A DNA stretch of 64,000 bases from Candidatus Levyibacteriota bacterium (GTDB lineage: Bacteria > Patescibacteriota > Microgenomatia > Levybacterales > UBA12049). The stretch is taken from the NCBI GenBank assembly GCA_016182235.1, contig JACOXT010000003.1, positions 322,209 to 386,208 on the forward strand, written 5' to 3'. The number at the start of each line of letters is the position of its first letter. Positions within the stretch are counted from its first letter, which is position 1. Made by a program: the position numbers and the translations under genes. Of the stretch, positions 28,044-38,313 are shown piece after piece. The notes beneath the pieces are model-generated. The model had not been told where the DNA came from, ran no database searches, and saw only the letters and a list, made by a program, of their open reading frames with translations.

Positions 28044-30533
28044 TCAATGACGATGTGTTTTGAATTTGCGTATTTTATTTAATTTAAAGAAAATAATAAG
28101 TAAGATTATTACGACAGACGAAAGAGATATCATAAATCCAACTTTAAAAGACGCAGGTTGGTATTTAAATTTCACCGAATGATCTCCTTTAGGTAAGTAA
28201 ATACTTCTAAAAGCATAATCTGCGCGGTATATTTTAGTTTCTTTGCCGTCAACATACGCTTTCCACCCGGGATAATAGTTATCTGACAGGAAAAGCATCT
28301 GAGGAGTATTGGTATTTGCATTAATAACTATTTTTTGAGGCTCATAGGAAACAATAGTCGCAAAGGAGTTAGCTGATGATTTGGGTAAATTAATAAAATT
28401 GCCAGAACTTTTTATTTCTTCCGGTTTTTCTTCTACAATAATAGTAGACATAAGATTAATTTCTGGATCGAAGATTATATCTAAAATTTCTTGGGGTTTA
28501 TCTTTTATATAAATATTATTGGCTAGGAAAACTCTTGGAAGGCTACCAGCATACTCAAGGCCATACCAGTTTCCGCTTTGCCAGACAGGTCTAAAAAGTT
28601 TTTCGGGAAACTTATTAACTTCATTATCTTCTTGATTATGATCATCAAAAAAGAGAACATGCTTTATTCCAAGAAGCGACATGAGCCGAAGTCTTCTATT
28701 GTCCTCGAAGAGGTTTTCTTTTTCTCCAACTTCCGAAAGCCTCGCTTCAATACGGGGAATATCTTTGACAAGTTTTCCATTATTTTTAACAGCATAAAGA
28801 AGTTCTCCATACCGACGCGGAAAAACAGGATTTGCCCCTTCGACAGAGTAGATATGGGAATATGTTGATATATTCTCCTCCATTGGTTGACGAAAGGTTA
28901 AAAATCTGTCCAAGGAATTTCTTGATTGGAGATATGTAATTACAGGATTTTTTGGATAAAGAAATTGCGGATCACCAATTACAATATATTTGTTAAGAAA
29001 ATAAAATTGTCCAATTAAGGTTATAAGAATGATTCCAGATAGCAGAAAATTAGATAGTTTTTTGGTTTGCAATAAAATAAAAAGAAAAGATAAAGTAAGA
29101 AAGGGTAAGACTAAATTCTTGAGAAGAACGATCACATCACTTTTAGTTGGCGAAGACCCATGTCTAATTATATAATCATTTAATTTTTTGAAAAATTCTA
29201 GGTGACTATAATTTAACAGCATTAAACCATAGGCCGCGGCAAGTAAAAATGCCATAAATAGAAAAGAAAATATTACAAATAAAAGTCTTCGGTATCTTTG
29301 TATGTTATTTATTAGAATAGATAGTCCAAATGCAGAAAGAACAGATATTGAAAATGTGGTCAAAAAAAGTATTCGGCTGGGCAGAAATGTAGGAAGCAAT
29401 GGAACTGGGAGCTGAAAAAACCATCTTGTAAAAGGCGAATCAAGCGTCAGGAAAAAAGAGATAAAGACAGAAAAAGTAAAAAAACGAATAACTGGATTTA
29501 TTTTTAATTTAAAACTTGCATATACAGCAAAGACAAGCGGTACAAGTCCTGCATAAAAAATTGTTTCCCGATAAAAACCTCGGCCAAAAAAATTATATGC
29601 TCCCGGATTGCCAAAGATATCCGGAATAAGAGCGTTTAGTAAGTGTGTAATAGGAAGAAGGTAGCCTTCAAATAAATACCATGCGGAAGATGTGCTTCGT
29701 GGTGATTCTAAAAATGCTTCTATAGATGGAAGTAATTGCGCTGCGGACAGACACAAAGAGAAAATATAGATGCAAATGATCTTAAAAGTATAATTAAAGA
29801 AAGGTAGTTTTAAAGTTTTGATGCGAAATAGACTATACAGAAAAGAAAATATTAGTACATAAAAAGTTATTTGAATAAATCCTCCAAGGATGGAACACGT
29901 AAGGGCAATAATTGTTATAAAATAGTACCATAGTCTTTTGCGGGTTAAATATCCTTCTATGCCAAAAATCGCAAGAGGAAGCCATAAGCCTGCTTGACCC
30001 GCAGCAACATGCTCCTGGCTCCATACAAGCATAAATCCAGAAAATCCAAAAGATATTGCTCCAAGCCAAACTGCGTATTTCTTAAGGTTAAAAAGGTTTA
30101 AAAAAAGATACATAAAATAAATTGCCATCAGCGGTTGAATGAATAAAAGAATTTCCCATGCATAAACCTGTGGAAGAAAAAAATACAGTATATTTGCGGG
30201 ATAAAATATGGCAGATTGAAAATCTGCAAGGAAAGGTGTGCCGCTAAATATATGGGGATTCCAAAGTGGGATTATACCTTTTCTCAGCATTTCGTTAGCA
30301 AATGTTCTTTCGGGATAAAATAACCGGATTTGATCATCTCCAATTGGTTTGTGCGGAATGCCCGTTTCCCAGCCTGCAAAATCTTCTGTTCTCCAGGGAG
30401 AGTAAAATTGAGCGAGAAAATTTGACGGAAAAAGAATCCTTCCATCGAAGACGACTTGTCTATAGATGAACAGTAATCCGATTAGGATTAATAGTAGTAT
30501 AAAAAAATCCAAGGAGTTCAATAATCGCTTCAT
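28044..30533 (-). CDS. YfhO-family membrane glycosyltransferase (family C), largest paralogue
   Basis: LFYPERTFANEMLRKGIIPLWNPHIFSGTPFLADFQSAIFYPAN, PDIFGNP. C-terminal YYPGWKAYVDGKETKIYRADYAFRSIYL plus terminal TM. Only 4 nt separate it from the convergent family A gene. Confidence 0.85.
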   Translation of the reverse strand: MKRLLNSLDFFILLLILIGLLFIYRQVVFDGRILFPSNFLAQFYSPWRTEDFAGWETGIPHKPIGDDQIRLFYPERTFANEMLRKGIIPLWNPHIFSGTPFLADFQSAIFYPANILYFFLPQVYAWEILLFIQPLMAIYFMYLFLNLFNLKKYAVWLGAISFGFSGFMLVWSQEHVAAGQAGLWLPLAIFGIEGYLTRKRLWYYFITIIALTCSILGGFIQITFYVLIFSFLYSLFRIKTLKLPFFNYTFKIICIYIFSLCLSAAQLLPSIEAFLESPRSTSSAWYLFEGYLLPITHLLNALIPDIFGNPGAYNFFGRGFYRETIFYAGLVPLVFAVYASFKLKINPVIRFFTFSVFISFFLTLDSPFTRWFFQLPVPLLPTFLPSRILFLTTFSISVLSAFGLSILINNIQRYRRLLFVIFSFLFMAFLLAAAYGLMLLNYSHLEFFKKLNDYIIRHGSSPTKSDVIVLLKNLVLPFLTLSFLFILLQTKKLSNFLLSGIILITLIGQFYFLNKYIVIGDPQFLYPKNPVITYLQSRNSLDRFLTFRQPMEENISTYSHIYSVEGANPVFPRRYGELLYAVKNNGKLVKDIPRIEARLSEVGEKENLFEDNRRLRLMSLLGIKHVLFFDDHNQEDNEVNKFPEKLFRPVWQSGNWYGLEYAGSLPRVFLANNIYIKDKPQEILDIIFDPEINLMSTIIVEEKPEEIKSSGNFINLPKSSANSFATIVSYEPQKIVINANTNTPQMLFLSDNYYPGWKAYVDGKETKIYRADYAFRSIYLPKGDHSVKFKYQPASFKVGFMISLSSVVIILLIIFFKLNKIRKFKTHRH

Positions 30534-30597
30534 CCCTCAAGTTATTCTATATCATGCTTGAAGTATGGTATCATAATAAAGATCATATGTTCAAAAT

Positions 30598-32118
30598 ATG
30601 CCAAGAATTTTTCTGAATCGGCTGCTCTATTTGATCTTACTTCTTATAACTTTGTTTAACATATATCTTGGTTCTTCTTTGGCTCGTCATGGTGAAGTAA
30701 ATTTTTTTAACGATGTTGCGAGAGATTTTCTTCTCTTGCAAGAATTGGATGAAAAAAAAATTGTGCTAATAGGCCCAAGATCAAGCACCAACGGTCTCTT
30801 TCATGGTCCACTTTGGACATATATTAACTACCCTGCCTATGTGGTCGGAAACGGTGATCCGGTAGTTATTGCATGGTTTTGGATTTTTCTTGAATGCATT
30901 TTTTTACTTACCTCCTTTTATATGGTAAGAAAAATGTTTGGTACGCTCCCAGCTTTTGTCTTTATTGCGCTCATTTCCGCGAGGATTGTCCCTCATATAA
31001 ATAACGTGTTCCATTCTGAAGCGACCTTTTTTTTCATTCCCATGTTATTCTTCACTATATATATGTATATTACAGTCAAAAAAAATCTTTATCTTGTCCT
31101 GCATTTACTAGCATTGACAATACTTATTCAGCTTGAGGTTGGCGTAGGGATTCAATTTCTAATACTTTCAGGAATACTGATTGTTTGGTTTATCTATAAA
31201 CATAAACTCTGGAGCCACTTAATTACTTTTTCTTTAGTTCCACTTTTTCTGTCAAACTTGATACTATTTGATTTTCGCAATGACTTACGGATGGCAAAGG
31301 TAATTTTCTCAACAGGTGGATCCTTACATTTTTTTATACCACTCAGATCTTGGGTGGAAAATAGGATCAATAATACTGTCTCCTTACAGCTTTTTGAGGG
31401 TAATGAAAACAAACTACTTGTTTTGGTTATTTTTGGCTTAGTTATGCTCTTCGCAATTTTACAGATTAAAAACAAAAGTAAGCATAAACACATATATCTT
31501 CTTCTTTTCTTTTATTATTTCGGCTATATGATTCTCTCTTTTTTTAATAAAGGAGTTCTTCTATTTCACTATGTTTATCTGCTTATACCTCTAACTACGC
31601 TTTTACTTGTTTCTTTTCTTGGAGGTAAATATAAAGTGCTTTTTTTAACTTTTATTGTTGTTGTTTTTTATCATAATTTTACTTCTGCCAAAAGCTATGC
31701 TATGTCCAGGGAACTTCTTATAGGAAAAAACTATAACTCCTGGGGGGCGCTAAGTGAAGTTGCCAAAGAGGTAATTAACAGGCAAAATGGAAAGGAGTTT
31801 GGCTATTTTGTATTTGCGCCCGATGCGTTTGCATATCAACCTAGATATGCGATGATATATCATTTTAGTAAAACAGGTGCAAAAGCCTTTGAATATACAA
31901 AAAAACCTACAACATATGTTATTGCTTCTCCTCCGCCAGCAAATGATCCTTATATGACCCATGTTTGGTGGCGTAAAGTTCCATTAAGGATTTCGTCAGA
32001 GCCCATTGATACTAAAAAATTTCCGAGTGGATTTACAATCGAGAAATTTAGTCTAAGTCAAGAAGAACAACGTATTCCGCATGACAAGGCTATAGAGCTA
32101 GGGATTCATTTCCGATGA
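30598..32118 (+). CDS. Family D uncharacterised polytopic membrane protein
   Basis: FFNDVARDFLLLQELDEKKIVLIGPRSSTNGLFHGPLWTYINYPAYVVGNGDP, LILFDFRNDL. Soluble C-terminal domain. Confidence 0.7.
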   Translation: MPRIFLNRLLYLILLLITLFNIYLGSSLARHGEVNFFNDVARDFLLLQELDEKKIVLIGPRSSTNGLFHGPLWTYINYPAYVVGNGDPVVIAWFWIFLECIFLLTSFYMVRKMFGTLPAFVFIALISARIVPHINNVFHSEATFFFIPMLFFTIYMYITVKKNLYLVLHLLALTILIQLEVGVGIQFLILSGILIVWFIYKHKLWSHLITFSLVPLFLSNLILFDFRNDLRMAKVIFSTGGSLHFFIPLRSWVENRINNTVSLQLFEGNENKLLVLVIFGLVMLFAILQIKNKSKHKHIYLLLFFYYFGYMILSFFNKGVLLFHYVYLLIPLTTLLLVSFLGGKYKVLFLTFIVVVFYHNFTSAKSYAMSRELLIGKNYNSWGALSEVAKEVINRQNGKEFGYFVFAPDAFAYQPRYAMIYHFSKTGAKAFEYTKKPTTYVIASPPPANDPYMTHVWWRKVPLRISSEPIDTKKFPSGFTIEKFSLSQEEQRIPHDKAIELGIHFR

Positions 32119-32129
32119 GATAAAAAGTT

Positions 32130-33755
32130 ATGATATTTAAAGAAAAAAAATATATACTGTTTTTGGTTGTTATAGTTCTTCTCGCTTTCTTTTTGCGGTT
32201 TTATAAACTTGGGCAAAATCCGCCCTCTCTAACATGGGATGAGGCGGCGTGGGGATATAATGCATATTCTTTAGGTATTGATGGGAGAGATGAGTTTGGC
32301 AGATTTTTACCCCTGAATTACCTAGAGTCTTTTGGAGATTTTAAGCCTCCCGTTTATGCATACTTAGATATTGTCCCGATTAAATTATTTGGTCTTAATG
32401 AATTTGCAGTCCGTTTTCCTTCAGCCTTTTTTGGTGTCTTAACAGTGCTAATAGCTTATTTTTTAACTAAGAGGATTTTTTGGAATTCAAAATCAAAAGA
32501 TGAATACGCATTATTTTCATCATTATTCTTGGCTATTTCACCATGGCACATAATGCTGTCTCGTGGCGCATTTGAAGCTAATGTAGCCACTTTCTTTTTG
32601 GTGGGCGGTATATGGTTATTTGTAGCAGCTATGCAAGAGAGGAAATGGTATATAGTTATATCTAGCATCTTTTTTACACTTTCCATATATACTTTTAACA
32701 CAGCAAGAATTGTGGCTCCAATTTTAGTTTTACTCCTAGCTATTTTATTTAGAAGAAGACTTATGGAGAATAAAAAAGAAACATTAGTAGCGATTATAGT
32801 TGGAATTTTATTGTTACTGCCGACATTGGGCTTCTTATTTTCTTCTCAGGCAAGTCTTAGATTTAAAGAAGTAAATATCTTTTCAGATATAGACATTGTT
32901 AAGAGAGTTAATCAGGAAATCGAAAACGATAAAAACGTTTCGTGGCCAATAATACATAATAGGCGCATAGCATATGCTGTAGAGTACCTAAGACACTATT
33001 TTGACAATTTAAGCCCAAGCTTTTTATTTATAAAGGGAGATGGTAATCCTAAATTTTCTACACAGGATATTGGCCAGCTTTATTTATGGGATTTACCCCT
33101 CATTGTTATTGGAGCTTTATTTTTATTTAAAAGAAAAGAAGGTTTTTGGTGGATAATTCCAATATGGCTTTTGATAGGTATTATTCCCGCTGCGACCGCA
33201 AGGGAAACACCTCACGCTCTTCGTATAGAGACGACTCTTCCAACGTTTCAAATAATGACCGCATATGGATTAGTACTCTTAATAAACTATATAAACAAAT
33301 ATAAACGTTTAATTATTGGTTGTTTATGGATTTTGCTATTTTTAAATATAGTTTATTTTTTACATGGGTATATAGGACATTACCCTAGAGAATTTTCCGG
33401 AGAGTGGCAATACGGATATAAGCAATCGATAGAATATGTAGAAAGTGTCCAAGATAACTATGATCAAATCAGAATTACTGCTGCGATGGGTAGACCATAT
33501 ATATATTATGCATTTTATACCAAAACAGATCCTAAACTTTTAAGGAAGAGTGTAGTAGTAAAAAGAGATCCTTTCGGGTTTGTTACAATTACAGGCTTTT
33601 TAAAGTATCGCTTCGATGATAATCTCAGTTCAATAAAATCAACAACAAAGGTGCTGTATATAGATTCACCGTCAAGAGTTCATCCAAAAGGAGATATATT
33701 GAAGAGATTTTATTTATTAAATGGTGAAGAAATTCTTACGGCTTATAGGCTATAA
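32130..33755 (+). CDS. Family A GT-C glycosyltransferase (ArnT/PMT-like)
   Basis: SLTWDEAAWGYNAYSLGIDGRDEFGRFLPLNYLESFGDFKPPVYAYL, PWHIMLSRGAFEAN. C-terminal GRPYIYYAFYTKTDPKLL. Confidence 0.85.
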   Translation: MIFKEKKYILFLVVIVLLAFFLRFYKLGQNPPSLTWDEAAWGYNAYSLGIDGRDEFGRFLPLNYLESFGDFKPPVYAYLDIVPIKLFGLNEFAVRFPSAFFGVLTVLIAYFLTKRIFWNSKSKDEYALFSSLFLAISPWHIMLSRGAFEANVATFFLVGGIWLFVAAMQERKWYIVISSIFFTLSIYTFNTARIVAPILVLLLAILFRRRLMENKKETLVAIIVGILLLLPTLGFLFSSQASLRFKEVNIFSDIDIVKRVNQEIENDKNVSWPIIHNRRIAYAVEYLRHYFDNLSPSFLFIKGDGNPKFSTQDIGQLYLWDLPLIVIGALFLFKRKEGFWWIIPIWLLIGIIPAATARETPHALRIETTLPTFQIMTAYGLVLLINYINKYKRLIIGCLWILLFLNIVYFLHGYIGHYPREFSGEWQYGYKQSIEYVESVQDNYDQIRITAAMGRPYIYYAFYTKTDPKLLRKSVVVKRDPFGFVTITGFLKYRFDDNLSSIKSTTKVLYIDSPSRVHPKGDILKRFYLLNGEEILTAYRL

Positions 33756-33778
33756 GGAAAAATTAGTTATAGGTTTGT

Positions 33779-35434
33779 ATGAAGAAACATACTGAATATT
33801 TGTTGCTCTTTATTGTTGTTATTGTAGCGGCGACATTGCGCTTATGGCAGTTGGGAAACATACCAAGTTCTCCAGATTGGGATGAGGTTGCGCTTGGGTA
33901 CAATGCTTACTCTATTATGCAAACAGGTCGAGACGAATATGGAAAATTCCTGCCAATTGTTTTACGATCTTTCGATGATTATAAGCCTGCCTTATATGCT
34001 TATCTTTCAATACCTGCAATTATTATTTTTGGATTAAATGAGTTTGCGGTTAGATTACCATCGGCAACTTTTGGAATATTGACTGTTTTAGCTACATTCT
34101 TTTTGGTTAGAGAGTTATTTAAGAAAGATAATATTGCGCTCTTGTCATCTTTTCTGCTAGCTATATCTCCTTGGCATATTCAGTTTTCGAGAATTGCTTT
34201 TGAATCAAATGTTGGGCTTGCCTTTAATTCATTTGCTGTCTTATTTTTTCTTTGGGGTCTGAAAAAACCATGGATATTGGTAATGTCATCTATAGTGATG
34301 GCCTTAAATTTATATGTTTATCAAAGTGAAAAAGTTTTCACTCCATTACTTTTTGTTTTATTGGTAATCTATTTTAGAAAACAGCTGTTTTTAATTTCGA
34401 AAAAATATCTAATTATGGCTTTCCTGTTAGGTCTTTTTGTCTCCTTACCGATGATTCATTATACATTTACTAATAGGGAAGCATTATCTAGAGCCCAAGA
34501 TGTTAGCATTCTTACAAATAAAGCACCAGATCTTGCCGAGAATGTAGTGAGGCTTATGAAGGATAGAGAGAGAAACGATATCCTAGGTCTCATTTTAGAT
34601 AACAGACGAGTTACGTATTTTAAAAATATTGCCTCGGGATATCTTTCTCATTTTGACCTTAACTGGTTATTTATAGAAGGAGATATAGCGCGCCATCATG
34701 CTCCTAGCATGGGACTTCTCTATATATTTGAATTTCCGTTCCTGCTCATTGGAATACACATGCTTTTATTTGGAGCATTTCCTAGAAAAACAAAATTACT
34801 TATATTCGGTTGGTTTTTAATAGCTCCTATTCCTGCTTCTGTAACCAGCGACGTGCCTCATGCTGTGCGTACTCTTAATTTTCTGCCAACTTTTCAAATT
34901 TTTACAGCAATAGGGCTAATTTCGACTATAAGTTTAGTATCAAATATTAAATATAAAATATTAAGTATGAAGATAAGATATATAACCTTTGTTTTTTTCT
35001 TCTTCTTTTTTGCCTTTAATTTCTCATATTACATAAATCAGTATTTTGTTCAGCAGAATTATTTTCATGCGAAATATTGGCAGTATGGATATAAAGAGGC
35101 TGTTGAATTTCTTATGCCAGTACAGAATAAGTACAACAAAATAATAGTTGCTAATACCCAGCCTCTAGACCAGTCCTATATTTTTTTTCTATTTTATTCA
35201 AAATATGATCCATCAAAGTATTTGGCTGATGGAGGCACAAAATCGGGTATTTTAGAGGAAGATAGAAATAAGTTTTTAAATTTTGAATTTAGGCCATTTA
35301 CCTATTATACCGAAGAAAGTCAAAATATACTTTTGGTTGGAAGCTCATCTGATTTTAAAGAGATATTCAAAACCATAAAAAGAATTGATTACCCAAATGG
35401 AGAAGTAGCAATTAGAATCGTACATAAAGATTGA
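33779..35434 (+). CDS. Family A GT-C glycosyltransferase (ArnT/PMT-like)
   Basis: SSPDWDEVALGYNAYSIMQTGRDEYGKFLPIVLRSFDDYKPALYAYL, PWHIQFSRIAFESN. C-terminal QSYIFFLFYSKYDPSKY. Confidence 0.85.
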   Translation: MKKHTEYLLLFIVVIVAATLRLWQLGNIPSSPDWDEVALGYNAYSIMQTGRDEYGKFLPIVLRSFDDYKPALYAYLSIPAIIIFGLNEFAVRLPSATFGILTVLATFFLVRELFKKDNIALLSSFLLAISPWHIQFSRIAFESNVGLAFNSFAVLFFLWGLKKPWILVMSSIVMALNLYVYQSEKVFTPLLFVLLVIYFRKQLFLISKKYLIMAFLLGLFVSLPMIHYTFTNREALSRAQDVSILTNKAPDLAENVVRLMKDRERNDILGLILDNRRVTYFKNIASGYLSHFDLNWLFIEGDIARHHAPSMGLLYIFEFPFLLIGIHMLLFGAFPRKTKLLIFGWFLIAPIPASVTSDVPHAVRTLNFLPTFQIFTAIGLISTISLVSNIKYKILSMKIRYITFVFFFFFFAFNFSYYINQYFVQQNYFHAKYWQYGYKEAVEFLMPVQNKYNKIIVANTQPLDQSYIFFLFYSKYDPSKYLADGGTKSGILEEDRNKFLNFEFRPFTYYTEESQNILLVGSSSDFKEIFKTIKRIDYPNGEVAIRIVHKD

Positions 35435-35435
35435 T

Positions 35436-36722
35436 GTGGAAAAAACATTCATTCCGTTACGCCTTTGGGCCAATAAAACTTTCGCATTATTTGTTCTTAT
35501 ATTTATTTTGTTGATTTTTTTGAGATTTTATGACATTGATACGAGGAGTTCATTTGGATTTGATCAAGTAAACAATGCATGGGCCGCAAAAAAAATTATC
35601 GTGAATCACGAATTTCCGCTTCTTGGATTTCAAGCAAAAGTTAATAGCGGGATATATATAGGACCATTTTATTATTATCTTATCGCGATTGTTTATTTTT
35701 TAACAGATCTTAATCCAATAGCTTCTGGGATTATGGCAGGCGTAACGAGCATATTTACATTTCTTACTCTTTTTTATATTACGGGGAAAATCTTTCATGT
35801 AAATGCAGCAATTATTGCAGTTTTTTTAAATACTGTATCCTTTTTTGCTATAAATTTTGATAGAGTACAAGGCCCGGTTAATTTTATTCCGTTAATATCT
35901 CTTATTATCTTTTTTGCTCTTTATAAAATAGTAACAGGAAGCCCAAAATTTATCTTACTATTGTCGTTTGCATTTGGTTTTTCGCTTCATGTTCACATTA
36001 CTTCTATATTTTTTCCGATTATTATATTACTTTCTTTGCCCTTTTTTCCAAGAACGAAAGATATGTTGAGATTTACATTTCTAAGTATTCCCATATTTTT
36101 ATTTTTTCTTTTCCCAAGCGTTCTTGCGTTTTTACAGAATCAGAGATATGCTTCAGATGCGATTAGTTATGGAAATACATATTTCCACGGCTTTCATCTA
36201 AAAAGAGTAATGCAGTTGACTAATGACGCATTTATTCAATTTGAGTCATATTTCAATTATTCAGATATTATTAAGTACTTGAAGTTTATTCTTCTCCCAT
36301 CATTTATATTTCTATATCTTTATAAAAATACATCCAGAGGCAAATTACTATTTTGTTATTTGGTTTTGCTTTGGTTTGTGATACCTTGGTTGGTGCTTTC
36401 TACTTATAGTGGAGAAATAAGTGATTATTATTATTCTTCGAATAAGTATGTCGCATTATTAATTATAGCCTATTTAGTATCGAAAGCTTTTCAAATAAGA
36501 AATACTTTAACGAAGTTGACAATAATAATTCTTTTATTTTCCTATGTGGTATTTAATCTACAAAGTTTTTTTTCATCAACATCCGTTGATAATCTTAAGG
36601 ACGCAAGAGAATTTGTAGAGAAGGAAATCGAGGAGGGGAGAAAGGTTGGATTTCAGGAAGGGGTTCCCGAGTCGTATTTGTATTATTATTTTATGAGGAA
36701 AAGAGGAGAAGAGGTTTATTGA
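35436..36722 (+). CDS. Family D uncharacterised polytopic membrane protein (short, reduced C-terminal domain)
   Basis: GTG start (the ATG at 35434 is in a closed frame). FGFDQVNNAWAAKKIIVNHEFPLLGFQAKVNSGIYIGPFYYYLIAIVYF. 428 aa. Confidence 0.65.
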   Translation: MEKTFIPLRLWANKTFALFVLIFILLIFLRFYDIDTRSSFGFDQVNNAWAAKKIIVNHEFPLLGFQAKVNSGIYIGPFYYYLIAIVYFLTDLNPIASGIMAGVTSIFTFLTLFYITGKIFHVNAAIIAVFLNTVSFFAINFDRVQGPVNFIPLISLIIFFALYKIVTGSPKFILLLSFAFGFSLHVHITSIFFPIIILLSLPFFPRTKDMLRFTFLSIPIFLFFLFPSVLAFLQNQRYASDAISYGNTYFHGFHLKRVMQLTNDAFIQFESYFNYSDIIKYLKFILLPSFIFLYLYKNTSRGKLLFCYLVLLWFVIPWLVLSTYSGEISDYYYSSNKYVALLIIAYLVSKAFQIRNTLTKLTIIILLFSYVVFNLQSFFSSTSVDNLKDAREFVEKEIEEGRKVGFQEGVPESYLYYYFMRKRGEEVY

Positions 36723-36725
36723 AGT

Positions 36726-38297
36726 ATGTCGAAAAAAATTGCTCAAAACTATGGAATAAACATGGCGTTTAAAATAATCTATAAAACCATAAATTTTGAA
36801 CATATTCTATATATAATACTTTTTTTTGCGCTGGCTAGCGGTATAATTTTGAGATCAGTAGAGGTTGTAAATAGAAATTATCTTTTTGGATTTGATCAGG
36901 GAAGAGATTATCTTGCTGTAAAAAATATTGTATTGGATCATAAGTTAACTCTTATTGGATCAGAGATAGGAGCTGGTGTTGCTGGATTTAGCGGTATTTT
37001 CCATGGACCCTTTTTTTATTATTTACTAGGTTTTCCCTTCTTATTTTTTAATGGAGATCCTTATGGGGGAATGGTATTAATGTACATATTGGGAATTGGG
37101 ACAATTATTCTTGGATATATTATTGGAGAGAAGCTCTTTGATACTAAAGTAGGATTATTTACAGCATGTATTCTTGCTGTTTCACCGCCTTTTATTTCAT
37201 ACACAAGATTTATTTGGAATTCTAACCCTGCGCCACTATTTATTTTGTGTTCATTTTATTTTGTATTCATGTTTACAAAAAAAAGAAAAATAATGTATCT
37301 TTTTTGGGCTTCCTTTTTATCGACTTTTATATACAATTTTCAACTGGCTATAGCAATGCCCCTAGCTATTAGTCTTTTTATATACTGCCTTTTTGTACTA
37401 AGACTAAGGCAAATTAAGCAGTATGTTGTGTTATTTTTAGGAATGATCATTGTATTTTCGCCTATGTTATTTTTCGAAATTCGTCATGGATTCCAAGCGA
37501 TAAATGGAGTCTTAATTTATATGTTTGATCATCCGGAAACCGCAACAACGCAAACATTTTGGGTACTTCTCTTACGCGATCATTTGTTAGCATTCTTTAA
37601 TAATTTTTTGTCTACTTTTCCTCGACAAAACATTATTTTTTCTGTAGTAGTTATTGCGATTTTTCCCGCCACTTTTTATTTTGTTAAGAAAGAGAAAGAC
37701 AAGCAAAGAAAACAATTTATTCTTTATTTCCTCTTTCTTATACCCGTAACGTTTGTTGTATTGGGATTTTTGAGAAATTTTGTATACAATTATTATCTCA
37801 TTCACCTTAACCTTGCCTACATATTCCTAGCTGTTTTTGTAATTGCATCTATTTTTAATACACGACACGAGATAGTAAAGAGCTTCGTAACTATATACAT
37901 ATCAGTTCTATTGATAACTAGTATTTTTTCTAACATTAAAACGTTTTATTATGACATTGCTGATTATGGGGGAACGCATAAAATTAGAGGAAAAATAGAC
38001 GCGATAGAGCATATCTATAAAGATGCTAATGGGGAAAAATTTGGACTACTCGTATTTAGTCCGCCTATATATACCTATCCCTATAATTATCTTGTTGATT
38101 GGTATGGAAAAAAGAAATATGGATATATCCCTCATCGAGAAAAACAAGGACTTGTTTATCTTCTTATTGAAAAAGACACGTCAAAACCATGGAGCTATAA
38201 GGGGTGGCTTGAGACAGTGATAAAAGAAGGTGATATTCTTAGTACAGAACAGCTTACCAGCGGTTTTGTTGTCCAGAAACGATTATTTAAAGAATAA
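36726..38297 (+). CDS. Family D uncharacterised polytopic membrane protein
   Basis: FGFDQGRDYLAVKNIVLDHKLTLIGSE...GIFHGPFFYYLLGFPFLFFNGDP, WNSNPAP, FFEIRHGF. C-terminal WYGKKKYGYIP ... EKDTSKPWSYKGWLETVIK ... VVQKR. Confidence 0.7.
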   Translation: MSKKIAQNYGINMAFKIIYKTINFEHILYIILFFALASGIILRSVEVVNRNYLFGFDQGRDYLAVKNIVLDHKLTLIGSEIGAGVAGFSGIFHGPFFYYLLGFPFLFFNGDPYGGMVLMYILGIGTIILGYIIGEKLFDTKVGLFTACILAVSPPFISYTRFIWNSNPAPLFILCSFYFVFMFTKKRKIMYLFWASFLSTFIYNFQLAIAMPLAISLFIYCLFVLRLRQIKQYVVLFLGMIIVFSPMLFFEIRHGFQAINGVLIYMFDHPETATTQTFWVLLLRDHLLAFFNNFLSTFPRQNIIFSVVVIAIFPATFYFVKKEKDKQRKQFILYFLFLIPVTFVVLGFLRNFVYNYYLIHLNLAYIFLAVFVIASIFNTRHEIVKSFVTIYISVLLITSIFSNIKTFYYDIADYGGTHKIRGKIDAIEHIYKDANGEKFGLLVFSPPIYTYPYNYLVDWYGKKKYGYIPHREKQGLVYLLIEKDTSKPWSYKGWLETVIKEGDILSTEQLTSGFVVQKRLFKE

Positions 38298-38313
38298 AAA
38301 GTAACTCAAAACT

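Noticed and set aside
35413-35418. TAGAAT hexamer 17 nt upstream of the GTG start at 35436, considered as another internal promoter.
   Set aside because: It is a single hexamer without a -35 or TG extension and lies inside coding sequence (codons att aga atc). It is not distinguishable from chance.
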